A stretch of 63,812 nucleotides of DNA, counting the filler, from Olpidium bornovanus S191 (Eukaryota; Fungi; Olpidiomycota): the NCBI GenBank assembly GCA_017911155.1. It is 30 parts of 30 records of this genome, joined end to end, with 100 filler letters (N's around TTAATTAATTAA, not from the genome) between each part and the next. Parts side by side here need not be neighbours in the genome. Positions count along the whole stretch, not along the records: positions 1 to 1,355 come from JAEFCI010005387.1; positions 1,456 to 3,183 come from JAEFCI010011910.1; positions 3,284 to 6,649 come from JAEFCI010001384.1; positions 6,750 to 10,743 come from JAEFCI010009048.1; positions 10,844 to 12,020 come from JAEFCI010013328.1; 25 more parts are not named here. One strand, given 5' to 3'. The notes below the pieces were generated by a model that saw only the letters and a list, made by a program, of their open reading frames with translations, made no database searches and was not told where the DNA came from. A program made the position numbers and the translations under genes. Positions 1 to 12,020 of this stretch are shown here, one piece after another (within the stretch, counting starts at the first letter, position 1; every line of letters starts with the position of its first letter).

Positions 1-1355
1 GAAGCGAACCGACTGCTTGGCGGACGGGTACTGCACGCCGGCAAACCGGTTTTCAAATAGCTTTAAAATGGATGCTGATAGAAAAATGTTAATATGTCCA
101 CGGCCTATCCTACCGTCCATGGCCAAGCTATCTAAGAGATTCGGACTGGCTTTCTGACCTTTTTTCTGTTAGATATAGACCCCATATCGGGAAAGGTCGT
201 TGTTTGGGGTGGCTGGTCCTTTATCGGATTGCATGTTGGCTTTGTGATTTTGAGTTTTTGCTCGTTGGGTCGGTGTCGCGATTGTCGCTCGCATCGTTCG
301 CTTCAGAGAATTCGGTCATATAGACGACGCTGCGATTGCTGTCGCAGTAAGTAGGAAGCTCGAGTCCAGCGGCGGCCCAAAAGAGCGTTGATGCGAATGG
401 CTATTAACGAGCCGAAGGTGACCGTAAATTCGAACTCGTGAGCAGGCTTGCAAATGGTCTTGGCGCCGTGAAGGTGCGGGTTTTGGCCAAGGCGGCCGCC
501 GGCGGGCTTGGCACGTATATCGCGCAGGCTCTGCAGCCAAACCTTGAAGGCGGGTGCCGACGAGACAGAACCGGCAGCCCACGGTCGCGGCGTGGATTTG
601 CGCGAGGCGTTCGGGCGTGCCGATCGGGGGCGGTTGGGCTCTGCACGCATGCATGGAGAGATTTGTCCGTGTTATTTTAAGCATGGCGATCGCGGGCGGT
701 TTGCTGTTGAACGCACGCTCGCCATCCGAAGCTGCGAACTAGATGGCGGCGGTGATGGCATGAGCCGGTCGGAAGCTCGGTGCTGCCATACATGGCGAGA
801 GATAGCCGCGGGACGCGGCATCACGAGAGCCGTCGCAGGTTTCTGCGGCACGGCGATCTCGGCGGTTTGACGTTGGTCGCGTTACAACCCAAGATGGTTA
901 GCACCTCGCGCTCTGAGGGCCCGGGGCACCGAGCATTGGGGACGGCCGTGACGTCATGCGACCGCCCGCGTTCTGGGCCCGCCGGCGGTTGTGCGACGCC
1001 GCAGCCAAATTTGCGGTTTGCGGGTTTCTGTCGGAGACCATGTCGCGCGCGGCGTCGACAGAGGCGCCCATGGGGAGCTCCGCCTCTCGACTCTTCTGAA
1101 GCATGCGTCGACGGAATTCGCAGAGCAGGGGCGCGGGCCCCAGCGCGGCGAACGCCGATGGGCAAGAGTACGTTCGCGTCGGCGGTTCGGCGCGCAAACT
1201 CGCACGGGCTAGGCGTAGAACGAAACAGCTGGAACATGCGAAAAAAAAAGAAAAAAAATTCAAGAAAACCGATGCGCACTAACGTTCGTTTGCGTGAGCA
1301 GCATTCGCAAAAGGACTGTCTGCGGGTGAGGCGCGCTCGGGAACTGCCGGAAAAA

Positions 1356-1455
1356 NNNNNNNNNNNNNNNNNNNNNNNNNNNNNNNNNNNNNNNNNNNNT
1401 TAATTAATTAANNNNNNNNNNNNNNNNNNNNNNNNNNNNNNNNNNNNNNNNNNNN
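1356..1455. other. Artificial contig spacer (first of 29 identical ones)
   Basis: 44 N + TTAATTAATTAA + 44 N = 100 nt. The 12-mer has stops in all six frames. The same spacer is at all 29 gaps. Confidence 0.99.
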
Positions 1456-1887
1456 CATGAAGTTGCCGACGTCAGCACACCGTCGACTGCCCAAGAGAGG
1501 GGGGCGCTGCGATGCGTGCAAGGCGTGCTTGAAAGGCCAGCATCGACACAGCTAGACGCCGAGAGGGCTCAGGGTGTGTGCCTTTTTTTCCCCCTCCGAA
1601 TCGACTGTGCGTTCTCCGTCTCTCTCTCCGGTTTGCCGCGTGCGCACACTTCAGGAAGTTCCTCGCGAATTGAAATTTGAGTGGACTTGATTGAATTTGA
1701 ATTGGTGGGAGTGCCCTCCGGCCCTCCCCCCACACCCCCCTTTCAAAAGCCCTAAAGAAAAAAAAAGAGAAAAAAAAAAAAAGAAAAGAAAAAAAAACCC
1801 CCCCAGGCGAAACTCCCAACCCCCCACTGCCGCCGCCGCCGCCGCTGCCAACCCCGTCCGTGAGACAACTGCCCTGCCCGCTCGCCC

Positions 1888-3183
1888 ATGCTAGACTCGT
1901 TCACGGTCGCAACGAAGGGCGGCAGGGTGCTGTGGACCGTAGACTACCTCGGGGCGGACGCTGCCACTGCTGCGCGAGACCCGGGAGGGGACGGGCGAGG
2001 AGGAGGAGGCCCTGCGGCAGACCCTGTGGACGCGCTTTTTCGCACCGTCCTCGTCGAAGAGCGCGCCGGGCTCGACTCGTACACCACCGGCCCGTCCGCC
2101 CTGCGCTGGTCCTTCGTAAACGGACTGAACATAATTTTCGTCGTGCGTGGGCGTTTTTTCTCCTTTAGAGCGGCCAAACTGTGCCCCCCCCGTCGTTTTG
2201 GCCGTTCATGTTTTTATTTCTCTTTTTTGTTTGCGGGGTATTCACCGGCGGACTTCCTCCCACCCCCCACACACACACCCCCTCCCTTGCCTTTTGTAGG
2301 TCGTGTACCAGAAGATCTTGCAGCTGCCCTACGTCGACGAGCTGCTCTCGTCTGCGAAAGCGCTCTTTTGCAAAACCTTCGCCGAGGAGCTGAAAGATTC
2401 CACGAGGCTCCATTCGTTCGCGGCGTTCGACGAGGTTTTCGTGCGTCTGCTGCAGCAGCTGGAGTCGAAGCAGAGCCGGAAGGCGGAAAGGTTTCCGAGG
2501 GCGTTCAAGGACACAAAGAAAGGGAGGGCACTGCAGCTGAACGCGGCCAACGGGTCGCCCGCGGCGACAGGTGCGAGAGAAGAGAGCCGGAAACCCCGCT
2601 GGCGGCGTTTTAGACTTCGCGGGGAGGTGGGGAGGGAGGGGGGGGAGTGGACGGAAGGGCGGGTTTTCGCTCTTGTTCAGGATCTCTCATGCCCCGCCGC
2701 TCCCCCCTTCCCTACCTCCCACCGTAACCGCCACCAGAGGAAGAAAACGAGCCGGCGTCCGGACACGTCGCCGATGTGGGCGGCGAGGTTTCCAGAAGCG
2801 CGCGGTGGCCCCCGGCGGGCGCGCGCAGGCGCGGGCCCAAGTCGATCCAGGGGAAGAGGAAAGCGGCAGGCAAAGCCGCGGCGGCTGCCGAAGACGCCGG
2901 GGCCCCGGCGTCGAAGAAGGGCGGGAAGAGGCGCACCGTGTGGACGGCCGACGGCCAAATGATGGAGTTGGACGACGCGGAGGTGGTCCTGGACTACAGC
3001 GCCGGCGAGCGCGCCGCAGGAGACGGGGCGGCGGCCGTCGACGAACTCGTGGAAAAGGGTTCCATGGGCAAAATAACCGGGCGCGAAGGTTTTTATGAGG
3101 TTGCGGACCTCGGAGACGTTATCAGCGAGGAGGACGACGACGAAGACGAAATTGTCGCGCCGCCCCGCGCTGACGCCGGCACC
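1888..3183 (+). CDS. SRPRA: Signal recognition particle receptor alpha subunit, N-terminal part (3' truncated)
   Basis: Longin-domain motifs MLDSFTVATKGGRVLW, DALFRTVLVEER and VVYQKILQLPYVDELL, then KKGGKRRTVW and LDYS. Exons 1888-2142, 2300-2570 and 2738-3183 splice in frame at GT-AG sites. Confidence 0.9.
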
Positions 3184-4001
3184 NNNNNNNNNNNNNNNNN
3201 NNNNNNNNNNNNNNNNNNNNNNNNNNNTTAATTAATTAANNNNNNNNNNNNNNNNNNNNNNNNNNNNNNNNNNNNNNNNNNNNAGACGGCCATTCCTTGG
3301 ACGCCGGCAATTATGTTGATGCCGTGTCGGAGTCACAGCTCCCACGCCCTCCGAGGCTTCAGAACTGATCTCCGAACCGGCTACAGGCCACGTCGGGAAA
3401 CATGCTACCACGATCTTAACCAACCAACGACACATCGGCCGGTTACCGAAAATCGGTTCTGAACACTGCATGATGTAGCAGAGGGCACGGAGATCAGGAC
3501 AAAAGCAAGTTATTGACGGGGCAAGCAGAAAGGGGGTGTCGCCCAGCCGCGGGCAAATCAGCCGCCAGAGCGAAAAGCAGGGCACCAGAAAGGGGACGCC
3601 GACGCCCGCATTGGCAGAGCGAGAGCCAAAGGTTGCTTGCCGGGGGTGCCATATAAAAATCAGCGGCGCCTCGACGGCAATTCGCTATCCACGGAATCCG
3701 TTGCTTTCCTCTTTCCCTCTCCTCCATTTAGTTTTCTTATTCTCTTTGGTTTTTTTCTCTCTCCATCGAAAGCCCACAACACTGGCTGCCGTCAGTTGTT
3801 CACGTCGCCGGCGCCGTTTATCGTGCAGGACGGTCGAGCCCAGTACAGAGAGAATATATAATGCTTTGTCGGCATATGTCGCAAATTGGCGAAATCGTTC
3901 GCACAACCCACTACGGTACTTTCTCTTCCCCCACAATTTCCTCCCTTCCCCCCCCCCTTCCCCGTTGTCCCCCGCCCCCCCTGGAAAGCCCGCTTTGTTT
4001 T

Positions 4002-4042
<41 letters not shown>

Positions 4043-5949
4043 TTTTTTTTCGGTTTCTTTTTTTGTCGCCGGTCGGACGCCCGAGATATAAAAAGGGAGC
4101 CCCCGCCCAGACCGAGCGCTGCTTTCTCTGGCCGTTGCTTCCCGCCCTCCATCCCGCGAAAATGCCGTCCTCCCGAGAAACGAAAGGCCGCTCTTTTTCT
4201 CGTCAGCCGGCCAGCGGGAACCGCTGATACATAACGCGGCGGGGTGAGTTGCGGAGCCGTCGCCCCTCCTCCCCCCCCCCATCCCCCCCGCCCCGGGTGG
4301 TCCCTCCTCCTTGCTCCGGGTGGTCGTCGACGGTGACGATGAACCGATGTTTGGTCCGTGTTTCTGAGGCAGACGTAAGACCCTGCCGCCTGAAGAGCAC
4401 CATATTTTCAAACACACTGAACCTTGACTTGTAGCTACGTTCGCGACGGTGTGGTTTGTTCATGTTCTAACCAGAACTTGCGGTTCGTTTTCCTGCCAGC
4501 CCTGTAGGTTTGTGCCGCCTTTCCGGACTTCCATTTCCTCGTACCTGCAGCGGGTAAGCATGGCGGTGCATTTTTTGTTTGAGCGTTTCAAGAGATGAGA
4601 AATACGTTGCCGCCCCAGACGGAACACACCTTGTCGAGAATGCACATGTCGTACAGACAGTTCCATCTGATAGACTATGAGCGCAGAGTCTTGTGTGCTC
4701 TCCCGTTGTCGTCTTCTAATGCCCCAACTTTGATTATTTTAGGCGCGGATACGCATCCGTTACTACGTTGCATGACTGCGGTGGTTTGTCCGAGTCGAAA
4801 GCGAATTAAAGCCTAACACCAGGTTAGTCAAGAGTCAGCATCCCTTTTCTCACCTTTTGATGAGCAAGCTTTACTCAGCTCACATCGAAAAACCATGAGA
4901 AAACTGTTTAGCACTGAAGGAAATTTGCCGGTTTTTCGATTACTAGCGTGCTGCGTTAGGGTTGTTGCTAACCTGTTATAATCTTAAACGATTAGGTACC
5001 TAAAAAGTTTTTCATCGCGATTCTTCTGTAAGTTAGCAATGGTTACTTGGCGAATACTTTAACGGGCGCATGATGAGGTTTTTTCCACAATGTCTTATCG
5101 ATCATGAGGAAATGGGAACGCGCTCCTTCGCTGAGGAGCGATTGCCAGAATGTCTACCTGACGTTTTTGGATTGCCGCAGAAATTTTTATTTAATTTTCA
5201 GACTTATTGATGCACTGCATATCTCCGCTTTGTTTTTTTTTAAAAAGGACCATAGTCCATTTTTCCGTCGTTCAAGAAACTTCACAGTGTGAGTATTCGG
5301 TGTTTGCTGTACTGGCATTTGCGATGATCGAATTTTTCCAACTATTCGCAGTTTCCTCCCGACGGCGTTTTTGGCCTTCCGGTGGATGACTGATCTGCCA
5401 GGGGCGGCATGAACCCAATGGTGGAATTGGTGGAATTTTTTTTCGCCTTTATGGAACGGCATTGCTTTATGAGGGTCAAATTCATCCTTGGATGTCTGAA
5501 TGCCGGACGTTCAACTGGCAATATTGTTGTCCAAACTCGACCGCGGTGGTGACCATTTGTCTTTTTCACGCTTTTTAGTCTTTGACTTATGAGACTGCAG
5601 TTCGCATGCGACTACGCCTTAAAACAAACTGTTTATGGTACGTTAGCCCACATACCTTTGTATCTAGCCGAAGGATGATATTCAACATACAGACCTGTAC
5701 CGACGCCGTTGCTGCGTACGAGGACAAACAAATATTGCCAAATATCAGCTGACGGTTTTTTTGGAAGTGAATTTTTGTTTTTGTTGGATTCTAGTTGCTG
5801 ACATTTTCTTCTCTGCTGTTTTCTCTGTGGAAAAATAAGTCGCGCGTATAGGAAGCCAACGGCGTTTGCTACCGGCGCCCATGGACGGAGGGTCCAACTG
5901 TTAGTTTGTATAAATTGCTTGATATCCGATTTTCTTTATCTTATACTTC

Positions 5950-6089
5950 TGTAATGCGTTCGCTACGGTATTCTGCTAGATAGGAAACCCTCTGTTCCCT
6001 CCTACATAGTCCCCCTCCGGCGAGGCGTCGTCGTTTCCCCCCCTTTTTCTCCTCCGTGCCAAAACAGAAAGAGAAGCGAAACCGTTACA
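5950..6089 (+). mobile_element. Candidate short (140 bp) 5' LTR
   Basis: Starts TGTAATGC and ends CCGTTACA (TG...CA with a near-perfect terminal inverted repeat). A PBS-like sequence and a repetitive leader follow directly. No second LTR copy is in the contig. Confidence 0.55.
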
Positions 6090-6100
6090 TGGTAGCAACG
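6090..6100 (+). promoter_or_regulatory. Candidate primer-binding site for the 3' end of initiator tRNA-Met
   Basis: TGGTAGCAACG abuts the LTR-terminal CA. TGGTAGC is complementary to the GCUACCA end typical of fungal and animal initiator tRNA-Met. Confidence 0.5.
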
Positions 6101-6119
6101 CCCGTCTCTCTCTAGGGCA

Positions 6120-6440
6120 CCCCGCCTTCGCCGTCCGCCGTAGCCGCCCGCCGCCCTTCGTCGCGTAGCTGCCTCCGCCGCCGCCCGCCGTCGCGTAGCC
6201 AGCCGTGCGCCGGCTGCCGTCTGCCGTTCGCCGCCCGCCGTCTGCCGTCGCGTAGACATCCGCCGTGCGCCGTCTGCCGTCACGTAGCCGTCCGCCGTCC
6301 GCCGTCGCGTAGCCAGCCGTCCGCCATCCGCCATCCGCCCTCTGCCGGCTGCCGCCCGCCCCCCGGTTCGCCTTCCGTCGCCAACAACGCGCATCTGTTC
6401 GCCATCCGCCCGGCTTCTGCTGCCGTACCCCGCCCGCTCT
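6120..6440 (+). repeat. Degenerate C-rich tandem repeat (retroelement leader)
   Basis: About five copies of GTCGCGTAGC or close variants among CCGCCGT units. Confidence 0.75.
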
Positions 6441-6749
6441 GTCACGCCGCCGTTGCCCCGTGACCCGCTTCGTCGCCTTCCGCCTCACTTCCCGTCGTCA
6501 AGTCGTCACTCCGGACACCAACCCTATGGCCGAAAAGCCTTTCAGCACATAGCGCGGGTGCGAGCACAACCACACCCGCATCGTGTGTGGGCGTGTCGTG
6601 CCGGGCGTGCCCTGTGCACAGATGTGCTCTGCTGCGTGGGATTCCCATGNNNNNNNNNNNNNNNNNNNNNNNNNNNNNNNNNNNNNNNNNNNNTTAATTA
6701 ATTAANNNNNNNNNNNNNNNNNNNNNNNNNNNNNNNNNNNNNNNNNNNN

Positions 6750-9195
6750 AGTATTTCGAAAGGTATTAGCCGCCTTTGTCGGTATGGTGTCAAAGAACTT
6801 TTCGACCTGTGTGTCGTTCAAGCCAGATGAGAAAGTTATCAAGGCACGAGCGAGAGGTCGTATCATCATGATTGGTGAGAAAGTAGGTGACCGCCAAGCG
6901 CGCAGTGCGTTCCACAAGCGTCAGCGTATACTTCTCTCCGTTGAGTGCAAGAGCAAAGGGGCCGGCACTGTCTGCACTGATGACTGACTGCCGGATCCGG
7001 GCGATCGACAGTCGCGAATGAGAGCCGGCATGCGTGCCCGAGAGCACAGGGCTCGCAGGCAACATCTGCGTCGGTTGGCGGTCATATGTCGGCACCTATC
7101 AGCTCCTTGGCAATTTTCTTCATCGTCGACCATCCGAGATGGCCGAGTCGTCGATGCCAAAGGTCCGCCTCTGCAGCCCGGGCGGCAAAAGCACGAGCGG
7201 GCATGATGGCAGAACAGGCAGAAGGATTTTTAGTGTCAGTGAGCGGTCCAACTGATGATTTAACGTCAAGGAAGAATGATTTTCCTTCTCGGTAACCCTT
7301 GGCGATGACCATGCCACTCGGGCACACAAGGTCGGCTTGGTCAAGGAAGGTGACTCCGCCGTCAGGATCAAACCAGATGCCAACTCCATTGACCGTTGCG
7401 CTTGCGATAGAGAAGAGGGGCTCGGAAATCCCTGGGACGCAGAGGGTGTCCTTGAGACTCATCGTGCCAAGCGAATGGGAGAGGTCGACAGTGCCTTGGG
7501 CTATGACTTCTAGTTGAGAGTCGTCGGCGATGCGAAGCGTATCATTCTGCCTGTCGGGTCGATGGTGCTCAGCGACGACGGCTTCGTTCCCAACGATGTG
7601 GTGCGAGGTGCCTGAGTCCAAGAGCATGCGCTCTGGAGTCGAGGTCGCGTGTGAGGCACGGGGGCCGGCGCTCACTGTCCGCGTGGCTGCTACCAAGCCT
7701 CGATTGGCGGCAACTTCCCCCATGCGAGCCATCATAGCACGGTGCACGTGTTGGGGGCGAGAGTGAGTGGGGGCGTGTGGAACCTGGGTGGAATCCGGGC
7801 GGAGCCGGGGCCCCACCCGGACCATAGGTCATTTACCACCCCCGAGGCCAACACAGCCCCCGAGGCCACCGCCCCGGGGCCAACACAGCCCCGAGGGACC
7901 CACTGGGTCCGCCCTGCTACTGCATGGCGCTAGCTCACTGGCTAATACAATAGCCCGTAAGGGCATTCGTCTATCTCTATCTATGGCTCGCCATGGGAAC
8001 TCGGTGTCTCGCGGAGCGGCCCTCACCACACGGGCTCTTGCGCGGCAACCGCGTGTGGTTGACTTGAGGTACGGCTTCCGTGGCTCGGCTGTTGCTGTTG
8101 GTGCTGCCGTGCGAGCGTTGGACAGTCCCTGTAATAGTGGTTTTGACCCGGGCAGTGTTTGCATGCGGGGAGCCGGCGCGGCCCGCTGCGCGTCTTCTTC
8201 TGTGGCGTCCTGTCAATCTTCGGGGTCGAAGAGGAGGGCTGGTTGAAGCTATTGCTTTCAGCTTTTCGGGCGACCGGCGTAGCATCCTTCTTCGCGCGTG
8301 GACTGATGTCTTTCTCAAGAGCAATCTCTTGGCATTTCGAGAAAGACTCCTCGTACGCGGGATGGGCCAGGACTAGGTCCTGGATGCGTTGTTCGCGCAT
8401 GGATCCGCCCTTGGCGAAATTCTGGATGTGACGGTCGAGGACCATGGACCGCTGTGTCGTGAAGAGTAGGTTCGCAACCTTATTGAATGCCATGTTGAAT
8501 TCCGAGACGGAATCGTAGTCCTTGAGGCAAACTTTCCAGAGTTCTTCGAAAGTCTGCTTCTCAAGATCTTTCTGGAGGAACCGACGCCAAAGACGCTCTT
8601 GGAGTTCTGGCCACGTGGTGCACTTCTCATCGGGGGACTCTTGGAGGTGATTTCAAAAATCCGCGGCATCTTTGGTAAGTCGCTGCGCTGCGAACGTGGC
8701 TTGCATGCGCTCGCTGACCCGATCACGGATGAAGGAGAAGTACTCGTCGTGGCGCCTGATGTACGTACGCAGAGCTGCAGCGTCGCACTTGCCATCATAC
8801 TTGGGTAGATTAGCGCCCATGGCCTTTACGAGCTCGCATTCCTCGCTGGTCTGATGGTAACACTTCATCTTCTGCGTCTGATCGTCTCTGTCGCTGTCAT
8901 CCAACTCGGAATCCGAGCTCGAGGTTGATCAGCTTTTCGATGGCAGACAGAGCTGATGCAAGTGATGGGACAGACGAGAGCGTGATGACTTCGACGACTT
9001 TAATTTCCTTGTATGGTGGTACCGGCGCAAGTGATGCAACCGAGGGTTGTCGTCGTCGTCCGAAGAGCTCGACGACGAAGAGGTAGAAGGTCCCATGGAG
9101 CGGTGTTTCTCTTGCTTGTGAGGCTGTTCCTGGAGTTCGCGTGTTGCCTCACGGTCACGATTCGGGTCCAGCGGCACCAGGGTTACACCCGGCAT
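6750..9195 (-). mobile_element. Degenerate Ty1/copia LTR retrotransposon: gag, protease, GAG-pre-integrase and start of integrase (runs off the contig)
   Basis: Gag 9195-8023 has LPKYDGK, TWPELQERLWRRF and a CCHC knuckle CKHCPGQNHYYRDC. Protease LLDSGTSHH, then LWHRRLGH, CEPC and integrase SADSAGPF...HTDKGG*YLS in copia PR-INT order. Several in-frame stops and frameshifts. Confidence 0.9.
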
Positions 9196-9386
9196 CTGTC
9201 ACGGAGGATAAATCAGTCACGTGACCACAGATACATTCCACCTTCCCTCTTCATATTTTTTCCCGTAACTTCCACAGAATTCACAATATAAGAGAAAAGA
9301 ACACGAAAGCATCGTGGCGTACCATTGCGGCATGGCGTAGTATGTCCCGGTATGCCTTGTTGCGGGTATGGAGCTCCGTTGGGGTA

Positions 9387-10127
9387 CTACTCAAAACCCG
9401 AAGTATACCTAGGAGTATGCGGAAGGTACTGAGGTACAAAGTCGTGCATTGTGTCTGGGCGCGGCGCGGTGCCCCGATTTTCCACCACGTTGCCCTGATA
9501 TCTAGCACTTACGAAGCGGTGTGGATCGGTTGGAGGAGCCGAAGGAGACGTGTCAAGTGACACCCCGCCGCCGCGGGCACCGCCGAAGCGGTCGTTCCCT
9601 TCATACTCGCTTCCAACCTTCCGGGCCATGGCGGCTTCGTTTTCGTACTGTCCACGCTCATATTGCGGCGTCCTGCCAAAGAGCGGGCGTTGGTGGTCGT
9701 GCGAAAGTGACTCGTCAACTGCGTCATCATCGTTGACGAGTTGTTTGAGAAGTCGACCTTGGCGAGGAGCGAAGACCGACTGGGTATCTCCTTGGTCACG
9801 CGTGGCGCTGGGCGTTTCTCCAGTTGGGAAATGGCCAGGAAAAGGGGCACCTTGTGATACAAGAAGCGCCGCGGGCGTGGTGATTGGCGCATCAGTTGTT
9901 GTTCCAAACGAGATCGGGAGTGCCGAAGCGGCGCTCTCAGAGAGCGAGGCGCGGGACAGCTGCTCTGTGACGATGGCGGCCTGTTGCTCCGAGAGTTGCT
10001 GCTTCGACCTGGAACGCGGGTTCCTCTTGAATGTCTCGTCGAGAAGTGACGGAACGAGTCTGCCGCCAGGCCGCGCTGCGGCGACGCCTTTTCTCTTCAT
10101 GACTTTGGTCTTGTCCGTCGCGTGCAT
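9387..10127 (-). CDS. Low-complexity ORF upstream of gag, possibly the 5' part of the gag region
   Basis: ATG at 10127 (MHATDKTKVMKRKG), same strand as gag, and the sequence stays protein-like past the TAG at 9387 (YPNGAPYPQQG). No recognisable domain. Confidence 0.3.
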   Translation of the reverse strand: MHATDKTKVMKRKGVAAARPGGRLVPSLLDETFKRNPRSRSKQQLSEQQAAIVTEQLSRASLSESAASALPISFGTTTDAPITTPAALLVSQGAPFPGHFPTGETPSATRDQGDTQSVFAPRQGRLLKQLVNDDDAVDESLSHDHQRPLFGRTPQYERGQYENEAAMARKVGSEYEGNDRFGGARGGGVSLDTSPSAPPTDPHRFVSARYQGNVVENRGTAPRPDTMHDFVPQYLPHTPRYTSGFE

Positions 10128-10189
10128 GTACGCAAAACCTCTCCTGTGGCGTCGACGGCGGCTGTAGCTGCGGCGGAGACGGCGGTGCG

Positions 10190-10402
10190 CGGCGGTGCGC
10201 GGCGGAGGGCGCGCGGCGGGTGCGCGGCGATGGCGGCGGCGGCGCGCGGCGGTTGCGCGGCGAAGGGCGCGCGGCGGGTGCGCGGCGGTTGCGCGGCGGA
10301 GGGCGCGGCGGAGGGCGCGCGGCGGTTGCGCGGCGGAGGGCGCGCGGCGGTTGCGCGGCGGAGGGCGCGCGGCGGTTGCGCGGCGGAGGGCGCGCGGCGG
10401 TT
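10190..10402. repeat. 25-bp GC-rich tandem repeat
   Basis: Unit GGCGGTTGCGCGGCGGAGGGCGCGC starts at 10321, 10346 and 10371, with degenerate copies back to about 10190. Confidence 0.9.
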
Positions 10403-10843
10403 GGCGTCGATGGCGGAGCCGGCGGAGGAGCCGGCGGAAGAGTGGCGTTGGCGGCGAACGGCAATGGTTGAGACGGCGGAGGAGCCGGCGGTGGCGGCGC
10501 GCGACGGTTGCGCGGTGGTAACAACGGCGGGCGCGCAGCGGGTGGCAACGGCGGCCGCCCCACCGACACCGGCCCGGCTCAACCAGGGGGTATCGCCGCT
10601 GACCACGGTGGCCCCACAGACTCGCCCGGCCGCGCAGCCCGGCAAGACCAGGGGGATCCGCCGCCGGCCACGGTGACCCCACCGACCCGCACAGCGCCGC
10701 CAACCCCGGCGTACCCAATGACAAGGAACAGACACCAACCATGNNNNNNNNNNNNNNNNNNNNNNNNNNNNNNNNNNNNNNNNNNNNTTAATTAATTAAN
10801 NNNNNNNNNNNNNNNNNNNNNNNNNNNNNNNNNNNNNNNNNNN

Positions 10844-12020
10844 CATGCGGAGCTTGGTCCACTCCTTCAAGAGTTGGCCGCGCTGGTCGGCCAATCTCCT
10901 CTGCGACTGGTCGAGGCGCTGACGCTCTGGATCAGGTATCGGGACAGATTGAGCGGGTCGTCGACCTGACCCCCTGCGACCGCCCTCCAAAACGACCGCT
11001 TACCTGCTTGAAGCGAGTCCTCGATCTCCTTCGCCCTCCGATCCAGCTCTTTCTCCTTCTCTTGCTGTTTGTCCTCCCGCTCCTTGACCAAGCTCCTCCC
11101 GTGAGCGAGCATAGAGTGCTCCTCCTCAATACGCTGTAAGGCCTCACTGCGCTCCTGCTGGTACGACTCCCGCGCCTTGGCCACTTCCGCCAGCGCCATA
11201 TCGAACGCGTCTTGGGCCTTCTTGCGGGATTCGTCTAGTGCTTTCTTTTCCCGGTAGACGCCGGAGTCCGGCGACGACGGGATGAGAACAAGTTTCCGGA
11301 TAGACAAACGGAGATTGCACACTTCGCAACGCTGCGGGAAACAGGGCGACCCGTCCGTACTTCACGCTGCGCGAGCTCCTCGCGATCCGCTTCGTGCCGG
11401 CTTTGAATGTGCCGTTCCTTCTCCCGATATTCCGTCAGCCCCGCGTCCAAGCTTGCTACCAAAACCTGCAGCTGTTTGGATGTGAGGATGCGTGAGGTGC
11501 CAGCTCTTTCGGCGTAGGCCTGCGGTTTTTCGAACCCGAACCTTGCTATTCTCAGCCGCTATTTGCTGCTGTTGAAGGGCGATGTCGTCTTGGTACTGAA
11601 GCAACAACACGCAGTCAAATCTCATCAGGTCGGCCGTCAGCATCGTCGCCGGCAATCTCATTGGCAAATTCTCACCTCGCGCATCTCCTTGACCCGCAGC
11701 TTGACCAGCTCCTCTCGCTCAAAAACGTTTTGCGCCAACACGTCCTCCATCTTCTGCCTGAGGAGGTCGGTTTCTTGATGTCTGGACACCAGCTGGTCAA
11801 GGAAGCTCGCGAGCCGCTGACCGACATCCTCGCTTTTCACGACCGCGGCAACCTGGCGGCGGAAGGGTCGGCCAAATCCGTAAGAATTTGAAGCAGGAAG
11901 GTTACGTCCCAAGGCCATCCTATATACCAATTGTTCGTTACCTCCGCGGCGTGTGCGGCCCTCAGTTCCTCGATCTGCTGGGCGTGGACCTCCTGCAGTG
12001 CGCTTATCTTGGGGTACATG
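10844..12020 (-). CDS. Multi-exon coiled-coil protein fragment, unidentified
   Basis: Several E/Q/K/R-rich heptad segments bounded by GT/AG-like sites (e.g. KKALDESRKKAQDAFDMALAEV, ETDLLRQKMEDVLAQNVFEREEL). Open at both contig ends. Confidence 0.65.

Noticed and set aside
1-1355. ORFs in the first contig
   Set aside because: A minus-strand spliced gene is possible, but no motif or consistent exon chain could be supported.
1400-1411. TTAATTAATTAA recurring 29 times as a regulatory motif, repeat family or CRISPR-like array
   Set aside because: It is always centred in exactly 44+44 N, so it is a synthetic six-frame-stop linker. The LIN endings in the ORF track come from it.
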